From Auanema rhodensis (taxonomy: Eukaryota > Animalia > Nematoda), in assembly GCA_964057225.1 (NCBI GenBank), contig OZ059894.1, positions 15,624,001 through 15,688,000 of the forward strand: a DNA stretch of 64,000 nucleotides, read 5' to 3'. Below are positions 39,901 to 51,600 of the stretch, piece by piece. The position numbers and the translations under genes were made by a program. Below the pieces are notes generated by a model. The model saw nothing but the letters and a program-made list of their open reading frames with translations. It searched no databases and was not told the origin of the DNA. The stretch's first letter is position 1. The number at the start of each line of letters is the position of its first letter.

Positions 39901-42900
39901 TTTCTGGAATCGGTAAAACACTAGCAGCGAGTGGTTTCGATCCACCGACCTCTGGGTTATGGGCCCAGCACGCTTCCACTGCGCCACGCTGCTTCGAATG
40001 TGGCATACACCGAGGTGTATGATGAATTCTGAATCGGAAAAACCAAAAAATCAAAAAATTAATCAATTAGATTTCTGGAATCGGTAAAACACTAGCAGCG
40101 AGTGGTTTCGATCCACCGACCTCTGGGTTATGGGCCCAGCACGCTTCCACTGCGCCACGCTGCTTCGAATGTGGCATACACCGAGGTGTATGATGAATTC
40201 TGAATCGGTAAAACCAAAAAATCAAAAAATTGATGAATAAGATTTCTGGAATCGGTAAAACACTAGCAGCGAGTGGTTTCGATTCACCGACCTCTGGGTT
40301 ATGGGCCCAGCACGCTTCCACTGCGCCACGCTGCTTCGAATGTGGCATACACCGAGGTGTATGATGAATTCTGAATCGGAAAAACCAAAAAATCAAAAAA
40401 TTGATCAATTAGATTTCTGGAATCGGTAAAACACTAGCAGCGAGTGGTTTCGATCCACCGACCTCTGGGTTATGGGCCCAGCACGCTTCCACTGCGCCAC
40501 GCTGCTTCGAATGTGGCATACACCGAGGTGTATGATGAATTCTGAATCGGTAAAACCAAAAAATCAAAAAATTGATGAATTAGATTTCTGGAATCGGTAA
40601 AACACTAGCAGCGAGTGGTTTCGATCCACCGACCTCTGGGTTATGGGCCCAGCACGCTTCCACTGCGCCACGCTGCTTCGAATGTGGCATACACCGAGGT
40701 GTATGATGAATTCTGAATCGGTAAAACCAAAAAATCAAAAAATTGATGAATTAGATTTCTGGAATCGGTAAAACACTAGCAGCGAGTGGTTTCGATCCAC
40801 CGACCTCTGGGTTATGGGCCCAGCACGCTTCCACTGCGCCACGCTGCTTCGAATTTAGCAAACACCGAGGTGTATGATGAATTCTGAATCGGTAAACCAA
40901 AAAATCAAAAAATTGATGAATTAGATTTCTGGAATCGGTAAAACACTAGCAGCGAGTGGTTTCGATCCACCGACCTCTGGGTTATGGGCCCAGCACGCTT
41001 CCACTGCGCCACGCTGCTTCGAATGTGGCATACACCGAGGTGTATGATGAATTCTGAATCGGAAAAACCAAAAAATCAAAAAATTAATCAATTAGATTTC
41101 TGGAATCGGTAAAACACTAGCAGCGAGTGGTTTCGATCCACCGACCTCTGGGTTATGGGCCCAGCACGCTTCCACTGCGCCACGCTGCTTCGAATGTGGC
41201 ATACACCGAGGTGTATGATGAATTCTGAATCGGTAAAACCAAAAAATCAAAAAATTGATGAATAAGATTTCTGGAATCGGTAAAACACTAGCAGCGAGTG
41301 GTTTCGATTCACCGACCTCTGGGTTATGGGCCCAGCACGCTTCCACTGCGCCACGCTGCTTCGAATGTGGCATACACCGAGGTGTATGATGAATTCTGAA
41401 TCGGAAAAACCAAAAAATCAAAAAATTGATCAATTAGATTTCTGGAATCGGTAAAACACTAGCAGCGAGTGGTTTCGATCCACCGACCTCTGGGTTATGG
41501 GCCCAGCACGCTTCCACTGCGCCACGCTGCTTCGAATGTGGCATACACCGAGGTGTATGATGAATTCTGAATCGGTAAAACCAAAAAATCAAAAAATTGA
41601 TGAATTAGATTTCTGGAATCGGTAAAACACTAGCAGCGAGTGGTTTCGATCCACCGACCTCTGGGTTATGGGCCCAGCACGCTTCCACTGCGCCACGCTG
41701 CTTCGAATGTGGCATACACCGAGGTGTATGATGAATTCTGAATCGGTAAAACCAAAAAATCAAAAAATTGATGAATTAGATTTCTGGAATCGGTAAAACA
41801 CTAGCAGCGAGTGGTTTCGATCCACCGACCTCTGGGTTATGGGCCCAGCACGCTTCCACTGCGCCACGCTGCTTCGAATGTGGCATACACCGAGGTGTAT
41901 GATGAATTCTGAATCGGTAAAACCAAAAAATCAAAAAATTGATGAATAAGATTTCTGGAATCGGTAAAACACTAGCAGCGAGTGGTTTCGATTCACCGAC
42001 CTCTGGGTTATGGGCCCAGCACGCTTCCACTGCGCCACGCTGCTTCGAATGTGGCATACACCGAGGTGTATGATGAATTCTGAATCGGAAAAACCAAAAA
42101 ATCAAAAAATTGATCAATTAGATTTCTGGAATCGGTAAAACACTAGCAGCGAGTGGTTTCGATCCACCGACCTCTGGGTTATGGGCCCAGCACGCTTCCA
42201 CTGCGCCACGCTGCTTCGAATGTGGCATACACCGAGGTGTATGATGAATTCTGAATCGGTAAAACCAAAAAATCAAAAAATTGATGAATTAGATTTCTGG
42301 AATCGGTAAAACACTAGCAGCGAGTGGTTTCGATCCACCGACCTCTGGGTTATGGGCCCAGCACGCTTCCACTGCGCCACGCTGCTTCGAATGTGGCATA
42401 CACCGAGGTGTATGATGAATTCTGAATCGGTAAAACCAAAAAATCAAAAAATTGATGAATTAGATTTCTGGAATCGGTAAAACACTAGCAGCGAGTGGTT
42501 TCGATCCACCGACCTCTGGGTTATGGGCCCAGCACGCTTCCACTGCGCCACGCTGCTTCGAATGTGGCATACACCGAGGTGTATGATGAATTCTGAATCG
42601 GTAAAACCAAAAAATCAAAAAATTGATGAATTAGATTTCTGGAATCGGTAAAACACTAGCAGCGAGTGGTTTCGATCCACCGACCTCTGGGTTATGGGCC
42701 CAGCACGCTTCCACTGCGCCACGCTGCTTCGAATGTGGCATACACCGAGGTGTATGATGAATTCTGAATCGGTAAAACCAAAAAATCAAAAAATTGATGA
42801 ATTAGATTTCTGGAATCGGTAAAACACTAGCAGCGAGTGGTTTCGATCCACCGACCTCTGGGTTATGGGCCCAGCACGCTTCCACTGCGCCACGCTGCTT

Positions 42901-45246
42901 CGAATGTGGCATACACCGAGGTGTATGATGAATTCTGAATCGGAAAAACCAAAAAATCAAAAAATTGATCAATTAGATTTCTGGAATCGGTAAAACACTA
43001 GCAGCGAGTGGTTTCGATCCACCGACCTCTGGGTTATGGGCCCAGCACGCTTCCACTGCGCCACGCTGCTTCGAATGTGGCATACACCGAGGTGTATGAT
43101 GAATTCTGAATCGGTAAAACCAAAAAATCAAAAAATTGATGAATTAGATTTCTGGAATCGGTAAAACACTAGCAGCGAGTGGTTTCGATCCACCGACCTC
43201 TGGGTTATGGGCCCAGCACGCTTCCACTGCGCCACGCTGCTTCGAATGTGGCATACACCGAGGTGTATGATGAATTCTGAATCGGTAAAACCAAAAAATC
43301 AAAAAATTGATGAATTAGATTTCTGGAATCGGTAAAACACTAGCAGCGAGTGGTTTCGATCCACCGACCTCTGGGTTATGGGCCCAGCACGCTTCCACTG
43401 CGCCACGCTGCTTCGAATGTGGCATACACCGAGGTGTATGATGAATTCTGAATCGGTAAAACCAAAAAATCAAAAAATTGATGAATTAGATTTCTGGAAT
43501 CGGTAAAACACTAGCAGCGAGTGGTTTCGATCCACCGACCTCTGGGTTATGGGCCCAGCACGCTTCCACTGCGCCACGCTGCTTCGAATGTGGCATACAC
43601 CGAGGTGTATGATGAATTCTGAATCGGTAAAACCAAAAAATCAAAAAATTGATGAATTAGATTTCTGGAATCGGTAAAACACTAGCAGCGAGTGGTTTCG
43701 ATCCACCGACCTCTGGGTTATGGGCCCAGCACGCTTCCACTGCGCCACGCTGCTTCGAATGTGGCATACACCGAGGTGTATGATGAATTCTGAATCGGTA
43801 AAACCAAAAAATCAAAAAATTGATGAATTAGATTTCTGGAATCGGTAAAACACTAGCAGCGAGTGGTTTCGATCCACCGACCTCTGGGTTATGGGCCCAG
43901 CACGCTTCCACTGCGCCACGCTGCTTCGAATGTGGCATACACCGAGGTGTATGATGAATTCTGAATCGGAAAAACCAAAAAATCAAAAAATTAATCAATT
44001 AGATTTCTGGAATCGGTAAAACACTAGCAGCGAGTGGTTTCGATCCACCGACCTCTGGGTTATGGGCCCAGCACGCTTCCACTGCGCCACGCTGCTTCGA
44101 ATGTGGCATACACCGAGGTGTATGATGAATTCTGAATCGGTAAAACCAAAAAATCAAAAAATTGATGAATAAGATTTCTGGAATCGGTAAAACACTAGCA
44201 GCGAGTGGTTTCGATCCACCGACCTCTGGGTTATGGGCCCAGCACGCTTCCACTGCGCCACGCTGCTTCGAATGTGGCATACACCGAGGTGTATGATGAA
44301 TTCTGAATCGGTAAAACCAAAAAATCAAAAAATTAATCAATTAGATTTCTGGAATCGGTAAAACACTAGCAGCGAGTGGTTTCGATCCACCGACCTCTGG
44401 GTTATGGGCCCAGCACGCTTCCACTGCGCCACGCTGCTTCGAATGTTGCATACACCGAGGTGTATGATGAATTCTGAATCGGTAAAACCAAAAAATCAAA
44501 AAATTGATGAATAAGATTTCTGGAATCGGTAAAACACTAGCAGCGAGTGGTTTCGATTCACCGACCTCTGGGTTATGGGCCCAGCACGCTTCCACTGCGC
44601 CACGCTGCTTCGAATGTGACATACACCGAGGTGTATGATGAATTCTGAATCGGTAAAACCAAAAAATCAAAAAATTGATGAATTAGATTTCTGGAATCGG
44701 TAAAACACTAGCAGCGAGTGGTTTCGATCCACCGACCTCTGGGTTATGGGCCCAGCACGCTTCCACTGCGCCACGCTGCTTCGAATGTGGCATACACCGA
44801 GGTGTATGATGAATTCTGAATCGGTAAAACCAAAAAATCAAAAAATTGATGAATAAGATTTCTGGAATCGGTAAAACACTAGCAGCGAGTGGTTTCGATC
44901 CACCGACCTCTGGGTTATGGGCCCAGCACGCTTCCACTGCGCCACGCTGCTTCGAATGTGGCATACACCGAGGTGTATGATGAATTCTGAATCGGTAAAA
45001 CCAAAAAATCAAAAAATTAATCAATTAGATTTCTGGAATCGGTAAAACACTAGCAGCGAGTGGTTTCGATCCACCGACCTCTGGGTTATGGGCCCAGCAC
45101 GCTTCCACTGCGCCACGCTGCTTCGAATGTGGCATACACCGAGGTGTATGATGAATTCTGAATCGGTAAAACCAAAAAATCAAAAAATTGATGAATAAGA
45201 TTTCTGGAATCGGTAAAACACTAGCAGCGAGTGGTTTCGATCCACC

Positions 45247-45646
45247 TTTGGTTTTCAATGTTCCCAATGACGAGCGTCTATACTCGGTTGTTCCCCGGTT
45301 AATGGGGATAATATGAGTTAGTGGCGAATCCAAACAGTTAGTTAAATGAGAAAGGTTTATTATAAGATCGGTATAAGTTCAGTGGTAGAATTAAATTAAG
45401 AGTGAGAGTGAAGGTTTCTTGGGCTTTATATATGATTTAGCTTGAAGGTGATATTCGATATTTGAATACAAAGGTCAGGTCAATGTAAACTATAGAGGTG
45501 ATAAAAGTTCAATATCCTTTAAGAATGTTGCGCAAGAGGTTAATGATACAATTACAAGGTTATTAGACAATGGTTTAGAGTTTCAGAAGAGTTATGTTTC
45601 TAGGTTAAATTATTGTATTTCATTTCTAGTCAGGCATTTGCCGACA
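45247..45646 (-). repeat. 3' LTR (400 bp)
   Basis: Direct repeat of 53168-53567 with two substitutions seen by eye. Sense-strand TATATAAA at 45425-45432 and AATAAA at 45356-45361. Confidence 0.95.
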
Positions 45647-48600
45647 TTGCCGGGCGAGGGTTGCGGTTTGAGTTTCTCACACAGCAATAAGAGAGTGTAG
45701 CAGGAAGAAGTAATGATGTAAGGAATGGGGCTGCTATGTATAATAAGTATGAACCTGCAGTGATTGCAGCTACGGCAGGTACTATCCATTTCCGATTATC
45801 ATGGATGACGTCGAAAAGCGGTTCCAAATTCGGGAGATTCCATGATAGTCCGGATGTTCCATTATGTAGTTTGATCGATTCTTCTGAAAAAATGGTAGTG
45901 TCGCTTATGTAGTGTAGTCTGGTACTTAGCTGTATAATTTGTTTTGTTGCTCGTCCGCAAGTCAGAGTACAGTTTTCTTGTACTTTGGGTTCATTGAAAT
46001 ATAGTTTGACCGTTGTGGCGGGATTTTGGTCAGAGCATCGTATTGTAGTAGAAAAGGAGTCGCAGTTCAGAATGGCATTCAGTTCGTCCTTTGTTTCACA
46101 TGTAATATTCAGCGTTGTTCCTTCTCTGCATTTGTAGCATCCTGTTAACATTTGAAAATCTGAAGAACAAGGATGTCTATTAGTATATAAGCTTTCGATG
46201 CTAAATTGCGGGTTTTCCATTGTGAGCGTTGATTCTTCCATTTGTGATAAAACAGTTATTGTTCCTGCTTCTTTTGTGATTCTATAATTTGTATTAATTT
46301 GTGGAAGTTTATATTTTTTCAGTTCTCTTTGTGTTGCTGAATCGCAATTGCAAGAGAGCTGCGCTGCGGCCCCCAAACATGGGCAAGGCTTTCGTATGTG
46401 GCATGCATTAAACTTATCTGCTGCGATTCGTGCATTGCTGCATATTACCGCTGGTTTTATTTGTTCCGGTATCATGTAGCTTTTAGTCTCAGATGTGAGA
46501 AAAATTTTGTTGTATAGTTCCGTCGTTGCTTTTGTTGTAACCGACGAAATCTGTAATGAAATTCCGTGAAACTCATATTTTCGGTAGGGTTGTAGGAAAA
46601 TATCGTATTGGTGAGTGTTATTGAGGTATGTGATTAATAATTTTGCTTGCACTTCCTGTTTCCATTGTATGCATTTAATTTCTTCGTATACTTCTTCGTT
46701 TTCGGGCTGATAAGTTGGCCTAAATAAAATGCATCCTTCTATAGGAAGTCCACAGCTGTTGAATAGGCCTCCTCCGGCTCTGGTGCAGTAGGTTCTTCCA
46801 GGATTTTCGTAAGTTGAATGTAGTTCGGCTACGAAAGTATCCTGTCGGATATCATCGCATCCGGTGCCCCATGGGCAGTGAGTTGTACCGGCGCATCTAT
46901 GAGAGGAGTGGATAGTTAGGTTAGTAATGCGAGTAAATCCTTGGGAAACTTTTTGACATAAAAATTTTTGCTGAATTATTTGAATTTCTAGTTTGCCTAT
47001 AGTGGAGTTTTGATATTTTATGTAGGAGCAAAGAGAGTTTTGTAGGGGATTGAATGAAATTTCTTCGTTGGTTATTTTTGTGCAATTGTGTAAATCGTCG
47101 CAAAAGAATTCTATGTGTTTGTGCGCGTTGGGGGATCCACAAGCTTGCGCTTGGCATGTGAGATAAAAGATTGCGAATAAGAGAGAAGGGATGTACGAAA
47201 TTGTGTGCTGTTGGCGGTGTGTTTTTAATTTTTTATAGATTAGACCCCCGATAATGCAAAAAAGAGCGCAGCCTATTATTGGAGTAAGAGCTATCAAAAT
47301 AGCTAAGAAAGGGTTACAATGTGGGTTGCCTATTATATGCAATAACGCAGGTGGAGGAAAATCGCAGGGGTGGGGGAGATGACAAATCTGAGTTTGCCGC
47401 CTATCTTTGTCGTAGCGAGTAACTGCTGTAGTTTTTGGAATTACAGACACTTGAAGTTGAATATCTTTTGATTGGTTGGCTGGTAAATCATGACAGTCCC
47501 CATTAATACAAAATGTCGATGGTTTTGTTTGTGCGGGAAATAGTATATGAGAGTATGAGCAGGTGAATAATGGCTCAGCTGTGGCGACAAAAAATAGTTG
47601 TATTAATAATAAGAATTTCATGATATTAGTCAAAAAATTCGTATTCGTATGCCTTGTGTTTGGGTGTGTTGAATAGGTGGCATGGTTAATATGTGCGGTT
47701 TTTCGCTGAGTTTCTGTGAATTCATCAAAAAGTTCTAAAGGGTATAATCGCTCTACTGGTTTTGTCAATATCTTACCGCTACCTGTTTTTATCTTGGCGG
47801 TCCGAACTACTTTGTCTGAAGAAGGAATTAGTTCGATTACCCTAGCCATATTCCAATTGTTTCTATTTGTATGGTCCTCTTCTACAAGTACTATTTCGTT
47901 GTGATATGGGTGTCGCAAGTTATGGTGCCCCATTTTCCTTGATGCATGTGCATGCCTTAAAGTAAGAAGATATTCGTGTGACCATGTGTTCCAGAATGCT
48001 TCGGCTATTATTTCGATTTTCTGTAAATTTTCAAACGCTTGTTTGTTGCTTGCGATCGTGTTGGGTAGGTCGAGTCTGTCACCTAAACTGTCTACATTAT
48101 CACCTGGTATGAGTATGGGGGAGCCATGAGTTAAAAAATCTGCTGGCGTTAGTGGATTCTCGTGAAAATTCTCGGAATCTGTATACGTGATGGGCCGTGA
48201 GTTCATGATTCCTTCTATTTTAATTATTGCTGTAACTAGTTGGTCTTTTTCTATTAACTTAAGTGATAGTGTTTTCACAAGTGCATTCTTTGTAATAGCA
48301 ACTAATCTCTCCCAAACCCCACCAGTCCAGGGAGCGCTGGGAGTGTTGAATATCCATGTGATATTGTGATTTTGTATATAGTTGATAAAATTAGTCTGGT
48401 GTTCCCTACTATGTTCCTCTAATGTGTGAAGTATTTTGGCCGCATGAGTGAAATTGGCCCCGTTGTCTGATCGTAGAACATGCGGTAAACCTCTCCGCGC
48501 TACAAATCGAATGAAGGCATTGATAAAAGAGTTCGAACTCATGTCATTAATTGGTTCTAAATGGACGGCTCTAATAGTAAGGCAGGTGAATATCACAACG

Positions 48601-51600
48601 TATATATGCTGATTTTTTCTGAATTTTATGGGACCTATGCAATCAAGGCCTGTATGTCTAAATGGCATAGCTCTCGTCACTCTGTCCTCCGGTAACGGGG
48701 CAAAGTATTCTATTGAAAATGGGTTACTTAGAGTCTTTTGACATGGCACACATCTTTTTATTATTGATTTGCATACTTGTCTAGCCGCTGTCATGAAGAA
48801 CCTTGTCATAAAGAGGTACAGTAATTGGCTAACTCCGGCATGACCATTCGTCCTGTGTAGGAACATAAGAATGAGTTTACCTAAAGTAGATTTTTTGGGA
48901 AGAAGATATGGAAACTTAGTTTTTGTTGGAAGTGATGAATTGGTGAACCGAGTCTGTATGCAGGTTAGTCCATTCCCATCCTGTTTTAATCGAAATTGTT
49001 TTTTATATGAATTTGAAAGATGAGTCTGAGCTTCTTTTATAAGCAGTATCTCAGCGGTTGTGTTAATAAACTGGGATACTTGCCATTCTGTTGTTGCTGC
49101 TTTTAATAAATATGATGTTGGCGTTTTGTTGCGTTTGCCTAAAAAATACAGTGCGGCTTTTAAAACTAATCCAGCGATTCTGCGTAACTTGAAGTATGAG
49201 CTGAAGCGGCTGGGATCTAAAAGATTGTCTAATACAGGATTGTTTGTGGTGACTGGTAGTATAAGCATTGAAGGTTCTTCTTCTTCTAAAGGTGCTCTGA
49301 ATTCCTTTGCTGGTCTATCGTTCTTATTTAATAGCCACTCAGGAGAAAAAAGCCATTTGTCCTTAAGAAGGGCAATATCAGTGGTGCCTCTAGTGCCTAT
49401 GTCTGCCGGATTATGATCCGTGTCCACGTAGTGATACGTTATATTGGCTCCTTTTAGCTCTAATTTTCTTGCAATTTGGTCAGTATTCTGGCGTAAATTG
49501 CTTACGAACACAGGTATATTCTTTTTAGTGAACAGCCAAGATAAAGCTATCTGGCTGTCGGAAGCGATGTTGATGGAGACTTCATGTGTTGGTAAATTGT
49601 TGTATATGGTTTCGGCCATTTTCATACCCATGAGAATCGCAGACATTTCCAAACGTGGAATTGTCAATGTTCTGTTTTTTGGAGCTAATTTAATCTTACC
49701 CATGACCAGGGGACTCCGTGTTGTAGGTGATGTGCAGAAGGCACATGCAGCAATAGCTAGTACACTAGCGTCTACAAATATCCAAATCTCTCGGCATTCT
49801 GATGTATCTGTCAGCTTTCGTGGAATCTGAATCGTAGCTGTTCCTATTTTATTACTCACTGTATTCCAGCTATTGACCACATCGCTTGGCACTTGTTCTT
49901 TCCAGTCTATAGACCCATTCATTACTTGGCGTAGTAGTAGTTTGAAATGCAGTAAAAGGGGAGCCGCTACTCCTAAAGGGTCGTAAACACTGTGAAGACT
50001 GCTGAGTAGATCTCGTTTTGTGAATGAGTTCTGAGTGCGTAGTTGACAGTTTATCGAAAAAATGTCTTTATCTGAATAATGTTTAATGCCTAATATTTTT
50101 GGGTTCAGATCTGGATGTTTATCCTTGTCTGGTACGGTTGAGTTGAAGTTGGTGTAGTTGCTATAATACTCTCTTATGTTCATAGATATTCGAGAAAAAA
50201 TCTGCTTAGATTCTTCATATATGCTATGTAAATCTTCTGAACTGTTTGTCGTGTAGAAGATATTGTCCACATATAGGTACCGTAGGGTTTCCGGAACTAA
50301 GTGCGACTCTAGGCTTTGCAAGAATGCGTAGAGTGACATATTCAGTATGGACGGACTGGCTGTTATGCCAAACGCCAGTCGGTTAAATCTTAATTCTAAA
50401 ATGTTATCTGGAGTGGTACCTTTGTGAGGATCGCGTAACCAGAGAAAGCGGCAGAGATCTTTATGATCATTAGTTATCCTTATTTGGGTGAAGGCACCCT
50501 CAATATCGCACATGAGGAAGTACTTTTTGATCCGTATCCCTATCAGAATATCTATGATTTTATTGTTAAAACTTTCACCTGTTTCCGTAACATCATTTAA
50601 TGAGAGTTGGCCTTTTTGCTTTGCTGAAGCGTTAAACACAACCCTCAGCGGTTTGCTCTTGTTGGGCTTCCATACCCCTCTATGCGGCATGTAGTAGAGC
50701 AAAGAGTTCTCTGAAGTAAGAGGAACTTGTTCCACCACACCTTCCTCTATATATCGCATAATGGTTTGATGATAGTGTTGTAGCTGGTTATGTTCCTCTT
50801 TGAGAGATTTCTGTAATCTGTTTAGAGTGGCTAATGCCATGCTTCGATTGGATTGAATTTTTGTGGCGTTTGATTTAAGAGGTAAGGGAGCCATAACAAA
50901 ACCCTTGTCGAATTTTATTAGCGAAGTATATTCATTGAAGAATAGCTCCGATCGGTTCAAGGCTCCTTCGTGTGGAGAAATTCCTAAGTTATCTATTTCA
51001 AAAAGTTGTTTAATCATAACGTCTTCTGGTATCACAGGGTTAACAATAAGTGTATTTATGGCTGCGATATTATCGTTCGGTATTTGCTTACCGTAAATAC
51101 AGGGTCCAATCTGGGTATGTTTGACTTTCAATCCCGATGGAAGTATAGTAGGTTTGGTATCATGTATGATTGTATCACACCAATCCATACCTAGCAAAAT
51201 ATCGGGAATGAATAATTCACCATCCACCAATTGGTTAGTAATGGTTATATTAGATTGTTCTAGAGCTTCTTTGTCTTTTAGAGAAAGTTGACAGCTCTTT
51301 AGTTTTCCTGTGAGAGGTTTGGGTGAGGTGAGGAGCGTAAGTATGATATTTTTTCCAAATGGAGTTCTTAAACTTGCTTCGACCGTTAAAGAATTAAATG
51401 CCTCACAGCTCCCGGAGAAACCGGTTGCTGTGATTAATTGGGAATTTAAAGTTTTGAGCTGGCATTCTTTGGCTGCCGGCTCGTAAATGAAGCTTTGAGT
51501 TGCTCCAGGGTCGAAAAACAATATTTTGGTGTGGAACTTACCTGTATGGGGGTTAAAAATTGATACTTTAGAAGTCATAAGATATGCGGGCGAAGGTGGA

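Noticed and set aside
39041-45333. Repeated 102-113 aa ORFs (..HHTPRCMPHSKQRGAVEACWAHNPEV..)
   Set aside because: These are translations of the 171-bp unit (a multiple of 3), opened wherever a spacer SNP removes the stop. There is no sign of coding.
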